64,000 bases of DNA, from positions 12,710,001-12,774,000 of the forward strand of contig CP075496.1 in NCBI GenBank assembly GCA_021613535.1, written 5' to 3'. The stretch is from Adineta vaga. Taxonomy: Eukaryota; Animalia; Rotifera. The notes under the pieces were generated by a model. The model made no database searches. It was not told where the DNA came from and saw only the letters and a program-made list of their open reading frames with translations. The translations under genes were made by a program, and so were the position numbers. Positions 40,387 through 53,566 of the stretch are shown one piece after another. Position 1 is the first letter of the stretch. The number at the start of each line of letters is the position of its first letter.

Positions 40387-41244
40387 AAAGATCTTTTACT
40401 CGCAATTTTTCATGACTTTTTTTTCTATTCTCTCTCTCTCCGTCCGTGGCCCATCGAAGGAATTTTCTCAGTATTAATATGTATGTTTGTTTTCTCGTGT
40501 GTTTTTGTCTCCGATCATTCTCAGGAATTTCACCAGAAAAGAAAATAAACATACATATGTACAAAAACAAACCAGCCGATAAGCTTTCTTTCTCAGAAAC
40601 TATTTCATTGTCTTTGAAACGATGACAAATTGCTCGACGTTTAACATGTCAAAAACACTTTCGATTATAGTAACAACCATTGACATATCACGTTCTTCAA
40701 TTAATCTAATAGAATAAATATTCACTTTATTGATTCAAACGAGTAGGCCACAAGTTACCATGATCATCTCGATAATTATTAGAATGACGATCGTTTCTTC
40801 TTCCGTTTAATTCAATCATGTCAATTAACGATTACATCATCGAAGGAGAAACAAAAAGAACAGTTACTGTTTCCGAGAGATGTTATATAGTTTTAAAAAT
40901 GCAATACAATGACAACAATAAAAAAAGAAAGAAAGAAAGAAAAACGAGAGATAGTAATTAATAAGAAGTAAAAAAAAGGACTAGTGGAATGAGTATCGAA
41001 GATAGTAATCGTTATTCATTCATTTTGTTTGCTTTTAATAGCTCATTGCACAAAGAACTCTGATTAACAACATTGCGTATCGATAGATCACGAATATTTA
41101 AATTCTTTTTGTTTTTCATCTTGACTATCAATAATAAAATACTGTTTATATGACAGACGAACAACATGAGACAAATAAAATATAAGAGATCAATAGACAT
41201 TTGACTTGATCGTTCTTTTCTTCTTCACTTTTACTTCATTTCAT

Positions 41245-43142
41245 TTAGAATCCACCACTACGTCGACTGTTGAAATCATTAGTTCCATCAGTATCCATTC
41301 GACAGACTTGTCGTATCCAAGATGAAACTTCTTGATTATCACTTTCGGTTTCATATCGTTTATAAAATGGATGATGCTAAAATAGATTACAGAAGAATTT
41401 CTTTTTAAAAAGAAACAAATTTTGAATGATTCTACCAGAAGAGTATTTAAATCTGCTCGTTCATTTGTACTTTTTTTCAAACTAAACAGAAAAATACTAA
41501 TTCTAGAATTCATAATTCAAAATTCACGAACCATCGATCAACGAAATCACAGAATTCTGCTGAAAAATGTGAACGAGGTAGACTTGGTGGTGTTTCATTA
41601 ACAATCCATTCCATCAATTCAAATATTGCTAGACCTTTATGACATCCGTATCCTAAAGCATATTTTTACATGTAATCTAATTTTAAACATTCAATGAGAA
41701 ATAACCTTCAGGTCGAGGTCGATTTCCATGCGGATCTTCTTTGAATAAATCATCAGTATCTTGTATTGACGGTGGTGGAATTGGATAACGACCAACAGCC
41801 ATTTCCACAAGTGAAAGACCCAATGACCATATATCACTCATGACTCCATAGTGTGCACCTTCAAGTCTTTCCGGCTTTGAAAACAAAATCAAATAAATGA
41901 AAAAGAATGAATATTTCTCTTACCGACATATATGAACGTGTACCAATAAATGTATGTAATGTTGAATCAATCAATTGTGCACTTACACCAAAATCACATA
42001 ATTTGATTTCGCCTAGATGAAATGAATCATTCAATTCAATCAAATCTCTACATCTATTTGAAAAACGAATCCTACCTTGATGATTGACAAGAATATTTGA
42101 TGGTTTAATATCTAAATATTATGAATCAATTAAAAAGAATGAATATTGGCATAGAAAACATTACCTCGATGCATGATTCGATGTCTTTCACGTAAATAAC
42201 TCAGACCACGAAGAACCTATTGAATTTGAATGATTCAATTTGTTTCATAGATAACAATAATCAACTTACAGCAACAGTAATTTTACCGAGAATATGTTCG
42301 GGAATACGCATGACTTTTTTCAAAATTAAATCTAATGATCCACCATCCTAGAACAAAATCATAAATCTGATGTATTAAAAAGTTACTGAAGCATAAAATA
42401 AAGATTTTCAAAATATAATTTCACGTATAATTAACTGATCGATAATTTTAAAATTTTTTATGATGATTCATCGAGATATCTTTAAAAATCTTTCGTATAT
42501 TTACCATATATTCCATACAGATACTAATCTGTGCTTCGACAGCAAATGCTCCATAGAAACCAACGATATATGGAGAATTACATTGATGAAGAACCTAATG
42601 AGATAAGAGAATTCATGAAATTTCGAAAGGAAAAACAAGGATTTACTTTTAATTCACGAATAATTTGAGTTTTTAAAGCTGGTTTTACTTCCAAATATAT
42701 TAACTAAAGTATAAAATAAACATTGATAAAAAAAGACGAAAATTTTTCATTATTTTTCATCAATACTTTTCTTGCCATGATTTTTTCTGTTGGTTTATGT
42801 CGAACTTTCCAAACTACGCCACCATTTCCTTGTCCAAGCTCATATATATTCACCAGATCATCTTGTCTCAATTCTCCAACAGCACGTTTTGCTTTGAAAA
42901 ATTCTTCCATACGATCTTTTTGTTTATCAGTACAATCCAATTGATTAAATTCTTCTTGTAAACGTTCAATACAAACATCTGGTATACTAGAATGAAACAA
43001 ATGAACATAACTGTCATCTTTCCTACTATTATTCTTCTTACCCATTTTCACTATGATTTTGCTCACTGGGATCCTTTGGCACTTCCGGTAATGTTAAACC
43101 TAATTTATTTTTGCCTGATGATATCGGTTCATTTATAGGCAT
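41245..43142 (-). CDS. MAP2K1: MAP kinase kinase MEK1/2
   Basis: D-site KNKLGLTL, regulatory helix [92 protein letters not shown]. Confidence 0.95.
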
Positions 43143-43489
43143 TGTACTTCGTATCGTAATCGAATAAGAAATCAGATCAATCTATTAAGACTAGAAATCT
43201 CATCAACAGAACAGCAGATATTTGATGCTTCCTTCAAATATTGACAATAATAAACAAAATCATACGAGCGCCACATTCAATGTCAATTTAATTTCAAACG
43301 TTTTTTCTTCGATGAATTCATCCATAAAAAGTTATTAATTTTCAGAAAAAATATCAAGTTAATTATAAAACTAAAAGAATTTTTTACAGATGAATTTTCG
43401 TTGGTGAAGATTATTCTCCAATGAGATAAGCAGAAAATAATTGGCTAATACTTTTTAATTTGTAAAAAAATAAATTTGTATTGTAGTAG

Positions 43490-44958
43490 ATGTCGAATTA
43501 TCAAGGCCGAAAACCGGATTTTATTCCGGCGGTCTATACACGTTATTTTGAACGAAGTGAAACTCCCAAAACTTCCAGTGGCCATATCTATTTTAATGAA
43601 GATAATGATGAAAAATCTTCAAATTATCAAATAAAACGAGATCTTATATTTAAGCGATTGTTTCCTTCGAAATTTGCTCAGTCAGATAATGATCAATCTG
43701 AAGCGGACCAGTAAGAATCTGTTACTTGAAAAGAAAAAAGAACAACATTTACTTCTTTTCTTTCGATAGAAATCAACCAAATCGAACTGCTAATTCCTCA
43801 AATCCTGCTCAAGCATTAGGTGATTTTATTCCACTTTCAAATACAAAGTAAAAAATTGAATCATTATTTCAATACTTTTTTTTATCTTTCTTCTCAATAG
43901 AAAACAATCATCACCTGACATAGATGAAGTTCGTTCAAGTTCAGATGAAACCGATGAAGATCTATTGATAGAGTATGATTTCATTTATTGAATTCTAATT
44001 TCAGAACAATGTTGAAATTTTCAGAGCACAATTACCTACATCGCACATGAATCCATTGTTGGTCATCTTCATCCTCGTTCAACAATCGAAAATGTCCGAG
44101 CAATTTTAATACGTGAATTGTATGAACGAACAAGTGATTCAAATACCGAATGGTTAAAATGTAAAATGGAATTACCACGAGAATATATTAATCCGAAATA
44201 TTTTGCCGATTTTCAACGACGTTATAGAAAAGATATACAAAAACATGGTACTCGAAAGAAGAAATCAAATTTGGTAAAAAATAAAACTGATAATGGATAT
44301 AATGCTTTTAATTTAACGAAACAAATGGATGTCAAAATAGAGAATGGTATGTGGATTTTTGTTAAGAAAAAGACAACTGAGAAAATGGAAAATTTGAGTA
44401 TCTTGTATTCTATACTTAATTTGATTTCTTTTCTTAGACGATATTATTGAAATTTCATCGAAAAAAGCAGTAAAAACAACTTCATCTTCGTCACCTATCA
44501 TCCTATCGAATAGCACATCCAGTGAATCAAAGTCTCCACCTGAATTTATCGTTGTCGATACTGATGATGAAGATAACGATGATCATCTCAATACTAATGA
44601 AAATTCATCATATTTCATCGATCGATCATCCACATCATTCACTGCTGTATCTCAACCAATTGTCCAGACGTCTACTGATGATTATCATAAAGAAGATTCC
44701 AAATATGCTCAATTACCATCACGTTCAACGTCTTCATCAACTATAATTCGTCCTATTATTAGTAAACATCAACGACGTAAACAAAGTCAAATAAAAGATT
44801 CATCAAAACCACTTGTTTCAGCAATCGATCGAATTATTGATCAAATGGATCAATCGAATACATTAAATGATTCAAATACAATGGAAGAACAAAATCTTCT
44901 AATAAAACAAATTAAAAAACGAAAAAAGAAAAAGAAAAAATCAGTTACTACGAATTAA
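43490..44958 (+). CDS. Uncharacterised protein, Ser-rich with basic C-terminal patch (about 5 exons)
   Basis: Consistent GT-AG exon chain from ATG 43490 to TAA 44956-44958. Folded-looking core HESIVGHLHP...WLKCKMELPREY. C-terminal KKRKKKKKK NLS-like patch. No family recognised. Confidence 0.65.
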
Positions 44959-45443
44959 AATCTTCCTAATGCAACTCAACTATTTTGTTTTCTTTTTCTT
45001 TGTTTGTTTGTTATATTAGTAACTGGATAAAGTCTTTCTCTTTTGATTCTTCTTGCATCAAGACATTTGTTTGAAATTTAAAATAAAAAAAAAGGATCGG
45101 TTTAATACATATATATATATTTCTTTAGAAATGAAAAAAAAACTCACAATTGACTTTTCCAAGATAAAAACGAACAAACAAATTTGGAATGATAACACAG
45201 TTGAATACTGTTTCTTAGTATTATTATTATTATTATTTTCACTACCACAAGAAAAAGAATTAAAGCAAAACAAGAGAGAAATAAAAACTACCACCGTAAG
45301 AGAGATAGAACAAAAGGAAGAAAAAAGGAATACGAAAAAGAAAAATATCAATAACAATATCAAAAACTCGAAATACATGAATACATATATAAACGTATAT
45401 CTGTCATGTACGGTTCTTTTCTCCTTTGTTTTTTTTCTGTTAC

Positions 45444-48400
45444 CTATTCCATCAGTAACTCTTTGACATTTTCTACGCCAATAAGTGAATCTGGTTGAAC
45501 AAGTGTTCCATTAAAATGAAGTTTCATATGGTCTTCTAATGTAGAAGAAGATGTTGTATGAGCAATAAAAGAACAAAATGGACATGATTGATTGTTTTGC
45601 AGATGATTTAGATGATCAGTATAGATATGCATTGTAAATTGTTCAAGATTTTCAAAATTATTTCGATTTAATGATGGTGTACATAATGGACATTGAAATA
45701 TATTTATAGTTGAATCGACCGGTAAATTGCTATCATCATTATCCATATCTGCGTCGTCATCACCACCACCACCAATACCTGAGGATGAATCAATATCAAA
45801 TTCTTCATCATCATGTTCTAGACGACGATGAACATCTAATGCTTCTGAACAATCACATTGATATGAACACATAGGACATTGATGTTGTTCAATAAGAGTT
45901 GCATTTGTTGTTTGAATAATAGATTGAAATTTAGTTATCATTTGACTAGTTGGATGCACGATTGTCATATGGCGAATCATTGAATTCGAAGAGGATGTTG
46001 CATAAGAACAAAGAGGACAAATAACACCTTGGCCAGTTAAATGAAGTGATAAATGACGTTGAACTAAATCGATATTCGAACGTTTATATGGACAAACTGA
46101 ACAAAGATAATTCACAGTTGTATGTTCATTTAAATTATCATCGTCTTCATCATCAAAATCATTTTCAAACGATGACTTCACTTGATTCTTATAATCTCCA
46201 TTATAGTGTTTGAAATCGTTTGATGGTATTGTTTTGAGAGACAGGTCTAATGGTGCATCATCATCATTACTATGTGAAGGTGATGTTGTTAAGAGAAGAC
46301 GTGAAACAATATTCGATGGATTGGGTAATTGTTTAAACTAAATAAAAGAAAGACGAAAAGAATTGAAATTCAATGAAAAGAAAAAAAGAGGAGAGAAATG
46401 GTTTGTTTTCACATACATCATCTTTTTTATTCGATAGAACTTGATTGTAAGTTTTAGTAATGATTTTCGGTTCATGTTTTATTTTAGGTTTATTCAAACG
46501 TTTTGTTTCATCATTGGTTGATAATGGTATTGGAAGATTTTTCTTTGGTTTATTTGGATCATTTGTTGATGTTCCACCATTTGCATTCGTCTGTATAGAT
46601 AGAAGAAAAGAAATCAATGATGACAAATAAAGAAAAAGAAAAAGAATGTCATTTACATATTGTAATGAACCATCTTTTGGTGTAAATTCTTCTTCAGCTT
46701 TAGCCCAATCGTTCCATGTACGAAATGTTCGTCGTCGTAATTCTTTTCCAAATGTATTTTCATATGTTTCGATGGTTGAACGTGCTTCTTGTTCTGTCAT
46801 CATAATCATATCTAAAAAAAAAAGGAAAAAGAAAATTTGACAAATCTCAGTTCTTTTCTAAAACATTTTTACCTTTATTATGATCAGGTTCAGTTAAATT
46901 ATGTCTGATTCGTACATGACGTATCATATCGGTTTTCCAGTTTGAACGATAAAAACAATGACGACATTTTAAACGTTTGATACCGAATTTTGGTTGAACA
47001 GCATAGATACCGGAATTGATTTTCGAACCTTGTAATGATAATAAAGCTTCTTCAACTGCAGGAGAAAACTTTGCTTTAGCTAATGCACTTGTTGGAGATA
47101 ATGGAGCTGTCATTGATAGTTTTGTTACTGTAGCTATTGTTGGTTGATTTCCATGTTTATGTTTCGATTTTTTCGAATTCAATTTGACATTTTGATCATT
47201 GACCGTTGATCGACACTGTGTTAACATATGAGCATTTGGTTGATCAGAATGTAGATCATTGATGTGTCTTTGAATATTCCATGGAACATTAGCTGTAAAT
47301 TCACATATCGAACATTTATAGATAAATATCATTGAACCATTGCTATTCGGATCTGTTGATGATGAACGGATATTATCACTTTCCTCATCTTCATCATCTG
47401 GATCTTGTTGACGAAATAGATCAGTTGGTCCATCGGGAGCCATTTCATTACATGAACTGCTTCTTGATGATGATTCTGAATCATGATTAAAAGATTTACT
47501 TGGAAAATCTCCTATTAAAAGATAGACAAACAATTACAATTGAATCATCGTGAAAAATAATGAATAACTAACCATTTTGAAATGAATATGAATCATCATT
47601 AATTGGTGTCCCATCTGGTTGTATATCAAGTACAGATGCTGTTTGTAATGTATGAAAATGTTTAATATGCTAAAGGTAGAAAACATTGATTTGATTTTTT
47701 TCAAAAATATCATGAAAAACATACACGAATGATAACCCATGTATGTTTCGATTGTAATGGACATAATGAACATCGAAATCGTTTCAATGGTGGTGTGATT
47801 TTCTGTAATTTTACAGCTAATTCTGCTGGTAATTCAATGACATGTGCATCAGGTTGATCAGGATGTTTCGCACGAATATGTCTTTCAACAACCCATTTGT
47901 ATGTACCTTGTTGATGACATGAACTACATTGAAATACTCGAACGGGTGCAAAATTTGGTAGCATAGGTAAAATTGATGGATGTTGTTGAATGAAATTAAC
48001 ATCGGTTTTTTTCACTGTTTTGATTTTTTCTTTTCGTTCTGGTTGTTCAAGTACGTTTACATTTGGTTTTGTTCTTGAATTATTATTATCTTCATCATCA
48101 TCAATACCACGATCATCACTGGATGGAAATGGATGATTAGGATTTATTATTGCCGAATGATTTTGATGTTCTGAATCTTGTCGGACGATTTTTATTACTT
48201 TAGATTCAACATTTGGATGTTTACGTGCTTGATGTTTTCTATTCGTAGACGAAAAACAAAACAAAACAATTCGTAAAAAAATTTAAGAGGAAATAAAAAA
48301 GGAACTTACCGAACATCTCCACCATAATTGGATGTATAATCACAATAGGGACAACCAAAATATCGTACAGGCTCATCTTGTTCACGTGATAGATTCGATT

Positions 48401-49804
48401 GATTCAAAACACCATTGATTGATGATCCATGTCCACCAGACTGAGTTGACATAGTTTCATCTCCATCAGTCGTATCGAATAAAAATCGTTGAATATAATC
48501 ATTTGAATTTGTACTATATCGATGATGTTTACGACGAATATGAAATGAACAATCACCTATGAAATCATTTTAATAATTAAAATGAAAGAATGAAACTCGA
48601 TCATTTTACCTCGATATTTATATAAACGATTACATAATAAACATCGATAATTTTTATCACGAATATGTGCGATAATATGTGATTTAAATTGTTCAATATC
48701 AGTTGTCTTATAATCACAATAGGGACAATCAGTCGTTGCATTTGTATCCATTGATGTTTCATCTACGAGAAAAGAAGAGAAAGAATGAAGTTAGTTTTTA
48801 TTATTTCGAATCAATTTACTTTGTTGTTGACATGGTTTTTCTGACAAATCGGTAGTATCAATTTCAATTGAATTCATTTGTTCTTTACTGTTCTTAGTTA
48901 AATCAATATCAGATGATTCCACATGATTAGTTTGTGATGTAAGAATATCAAATGTATGTGGTCCATCATAATTTGATAAATCAATTCGATGTTTTCGTTT
49001 AGCATGTCGTATTAAATGTCCAAGACGATAGTATGTTGAACCACATGTTGGACATGTTAGAATAGTTCGTGGAGACATTGTTGTTGGATCAGATGATGAA
49101 TCTCGTTCATCATCTTCATCTGAATCATTAGATTCATTATCATCATCATCATCATGTTCGGAATTATTATTATCATTGCCATTGATAAATAGATTCGATG
49201 GTGTTGGCGGAGATAATGTTCGTCGAACTCGTTTGACACCAAATGGATGTTCTACGGAAAAAAAACCACAATAATCGAAGATAATGTGTACAAATCGACG
49301 AAAATGTAGATTCGATGTTATTTAAAGAAAAACCTTTCCTCTCCTTTTCTATCAGATAAGAAAGATATTGAATTCGAATAATTCAGTAATAGAAAGATCT
49401 TTTCTTTTTCAAATACCTTTTATTTGTTTAAAACCATTCAATGATGATTGAGACTAGATAAATAAAGATAATATCGAATGATTGTAGAAAAAAAAAACGT
49501 TGAACGAGGTTAATGTACGAAAGTTACCTGTTCATCGTCAGGCGCCTCGCGTTTACCGCCCTTGTTAATAATGTTCGATGATGATGATAATGATGATGAT
49601 GATGACGATTGTACTTGTGATGGTAGTGGTGCATCTTGACACCCGTGCCCGTGCGTATCTGAAGGTATATACATATGTATAGAGTAGATCAAGGTGATAT
49701 TAAATTTATTTTATACTTGTTAAATGATTTTCAAGTGCTTCTAAATTGTCTGAATTGAATGGACAATAGATGCAAATATAAGCTGTCGATGCATCGTCAG
49801 TCAT
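45444..49804 (-). CDS. Large multi-C2H2 zinc-finger protein with dispersed fingers (more than 12, many CxxC.(Y/F) type)
   Basis: Fingers include CIYC..HLTNTH, CPTC..HAKRKH, CPYC, CLLC, CSSC..HIRAKH, CSIC, CRHC..HVRIRH, CSVC, CPLC, CPMC and CPFC. The start at 49804 is tentative; upstream 5' exons are likely. Confidence 0.85.
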
Positions 49805-51380
49805 CACCGGTGCTTGGAAAAATCGAAAGAAAGAAAGAAGAAAAGAAAAAAAAGACGATGATATAGAAACTATCTATAAGCAAAATAGATCAATAACGAT
49901 TTATTCAACAAAAAAAACGAAAAAAAGAAAGAAAGAAAGAAAGATACATATCCATAGATATATGCACATGTCAATTTTGATCGATCATTATATAGTGTAC
50001 ATTCGTTTACGATCTATTCTTTACATGAGATATTTCGTTTGATTTCTCTTCATCGTTTTTATTCTTCAATAATAATAAGAAGAATAATGATAACAACAAC
50101 ATCATGTTATATCGTACAGGTGTATTGAATAGATAAGAGCTTGAAAAGCTTATTGTCGAGAAAAGAAATATAAAATCTTATTCTCAAGATTGATCGATCG
50201 AATGATAACGAATTATGATTAGTTCTATCATTTGAATATTTATCATATAAGAGGAAAAATAAACTAAAGCATGATTATTAACTACATTTAGTTAATGTTA
50301 TCCTTTTTTTTGAATTTTCTATATAGCATTCTTTTCTTACCTAATTATTGATAGATGATGATTGAGAAAAGTATTACAAACATCAAACTGATATTAGAGA
50401 ACAAAAATCTAAAACTGGAAAATACCATATAGAGTCAAAATATCCCATTGTTCTTCTATGAGCAAGTATGTAAAATTTGTTAGATAAATTCCTAAGATGT
50501 CGATAGTTTGAATTAGAGAAAGCTTCATAAGATTTGTAATAAATGTACATATGAATGTATATTCGATAATGATGGGCACGTATAGATAAGATACAAAAAA
50601 GAGAAGAAAAAGAAAAAAAAACATCTTTTTTTACATCTTCGTTTTCTCGTATCCTGTAACACTAAGAAAGAAAAACGACGTAAAGCGCAACATTCTTTTC
50701 CTCTTCTTTTTCATTATACACATTCAATACTCAATTTCTTTACGTCTTTCGTTCTCTCTCTCTCTGTTCGTCTTCTTTCGACGTGCACACATCTATTGAT
50801 TCGTATTGGCGTGATTATAGAACATGTCGAGCAAAGACAAGAAGAAGGAAGGAGAGAGAAAGAGATGCGCACGTCTATAGCACATATGATGCGCTTGTGC
50901 ACACGCAGTTTTTTAAAAAACGAAGAAGAAAGACAGAAATAGAAGAGTACATTGAAGGCGAAAGACGAAGGCCAAAGACGTGTATATGTATGTGTACATA
51001 TGTACACCATCGCCTACTTCTCATTGTGATCTTCCAATCATTATCATCATCATCTTCTTCTCTTCGCATCATACATAAGCAATTTTCAAGAGAAAAATGT
51101 GTGATATAGAATGCAACATTTTTGTCAGTTATTATACAGACAACAACCGAAGAAGACATGATCAGGAAAAGAAATCGATTTCTCGCACATACATACATAC
51201 ATACATTTACTAACACACTAATGGGTTCGACTTTTACCTGTATATGTACATATACATACGAATATTCGTACGCGTGTCGTTACCATTTTTCTCTTATATG
51301 TGGAAAAAAAAGTAAATTGGTCATGAAAATGACTACTAAGTTGTAGAAAATTAATGAGAGTTTTCACACTTTCGACAAAG

Positions 51381-51425
51381 TAATGAAATATGAAAAATAA
51401 ACACATTATTTTTCATATTTCATTA
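51381..51425. repeat. Perfect 20-bp inverted repeat with 5-nt loop
   Basis: taatgaaatatgaaaaataa-acaca-ttatttttcatatttcatta. Confidence 0.95.
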
Positions 51426-53566
51426 TAAGTCAGTGGAACTAATAATTTATAATGAAAATATAATAAAGAATATTTTGTTTGATATTATTCATATTTCCGA
51501 AGAGAGAATACTTACGAGAAAAAAGAAAAGATATAACATTAATTTTATTTATCATCTTGTCGACAAATTCGTCGATTTGTCTCTTCTTTCCAATTTCAAT
51601 AGATGTGAAAAAGACACGGAGGGAGAGAGAGAGAGAACACAAAAAGAAAGGGTTTAGATTTTTAGTCCTTTTTCTTCTTTAAATTCAAATATGAAATTGG
51701 TTGTGATAATAGTAAGTCACTACTGACAAAGAAGAGAAGGAGAAAAGATTTTTTAACATGACGAGAATATACGCAGATGCACTTCATTTATAAAGAGAGT
51801 ATATAGATATATATTGAGGAGATTTAGTGGTTCTATGTTTGAAAAGTATAGTGAGGGGATCGAAGCACAGATGGTTCGAGAATGGAAAATGTGAAATAAA
51901 AAAAACGGGCAAAGAAGAAAGAAACTAAAGAGAATAAGAGAGAAATACGAGACTGATTTCTAGTCAGAGTATGGCTGCAGATGGTAGTGAAAGAATTCGT
52001 ACGTTTCACTCATACTCAAGAATAGAAAGATTCTTGATGGCAATGTTTCTGCTCTTTCTCTCATGTTGCCTGCATATGTGTATCCGTTTGTCCCTTTCTC
52101 TTGTTCTCTGTCTGTATTTGTTAAAAAATGCTAACAGAAAAAAGTCTACACGAACAAACACTACTAGTCGAAGAATATTTTACTTTCTAAACAATCCTTA
52201 GTATCTCTATTCGATTAGTCAGAAAGGAGCAAAAATGTCGATAGAATTTATCTCATCACATAGATAGATTCTGATAAAGTCGTCTAGATCAAAGACTTCT
52301 TTTCTTTTTTAGCTTTTTCGTATTATGATGTATGACTGTATATTTGATAGACTCTATCTCGTCCAAAGAATATGAATACCAACATCAATGATTTACGTAT
52401 ATGCACACCAATACACATAGGAAAAAAAGAGAGGGGGGGGGGAATGAGTAAGGGAAGAGAAAAAAGTAATGTTCGAACGCAAAAGTGGATGCATGGATGG
52501 TTGACTGAGAAGAATTATAATCATTTACTTAAGATTTTGCTTTACCTATTGCAATGTTTCTATACATAAAGGAAGAGAGCAAAACTACTTACCATCGAGG
52601 AGAAGAAATGCGAGAGTTTTATGCTCTGCCGATTCAAAACGAGTATATAACTTATATATATATATATGTATGTATGCATGCATGTGACTAGGCAAAAGAA
52701 AAGGAAGCAGGCAACGACTAAGGATTAAGTTCATGTGCGCACAAGTGAGTTTGAAATAATGCTAGTCCTTCTCTTCTTTTCCTTTTCGAGATTTTTTTCT
52801 TCTTCTGTATATATTGATGTGTGCATATACAATTCCTCCTCGAGTGACGAAAATGTTGTATAAAATATATTAGGTAGAGAATGATGAATATTATGAGAAA
52901 AAAAAGCAACGGAAAGAGTTTATCGATATATAACGGGATCGAAAAATGCAAGAAGCTAGTTTCGAAAGACGCATTTTACCTATTTTTTCTCCTTTTTTCT
53001 TTCGATCTCTCTCTCACTCTTCTTCCTATTTCAATCGAAAATCGTCCGGATGAATGAGTTTCATGTAGGTTACGCATATTGATCCAGGTAGATGTGAATA
53101 TGCATCCAAATGCACATTTGATCAGTGAATTAACAGAAACCTGTGTATTTCGTTATACTTACTTCGACATTCTTTTTTCAATGCTCTTGATATTTGATAA
53201 ATTGATCATGTAAAAAGTGATATGTTCTCTCCGTTTTTTATCAATGCTGGAACATGTTTATAAAGTAGAAGTATAGAAGAAGAAGAAAAAAAGTAGTGCT
53301 CAGTATAGAATACCATTAAAGGAAAAACGAAAAAAACAAAACAAAATGAAGGAAAAGGAAGTAGAGATCATGTACAATGATACACACATACACAAAACAC
53401 ATACAAATATAATTCTTGTTTTTTCTCGCAGTAATCACAAGCAATAGAAAATCCAATCCGATCATATAAATCTTTTCATTTGACAAGAGAACAATGTCAA
53501 AGAAATACACGAAATATAAAGATGGGTTTATTACTATGATAAACAACTAGACATAAACATAGTGAT

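Noticed and set aside
50400-53550. Many 60-110 aa ORFs rich in F, L, I, K and R
   Set aside because: They derive from poly-purine/pyrimidine and dinucleotide tracts; no domain or consistent splice chain.
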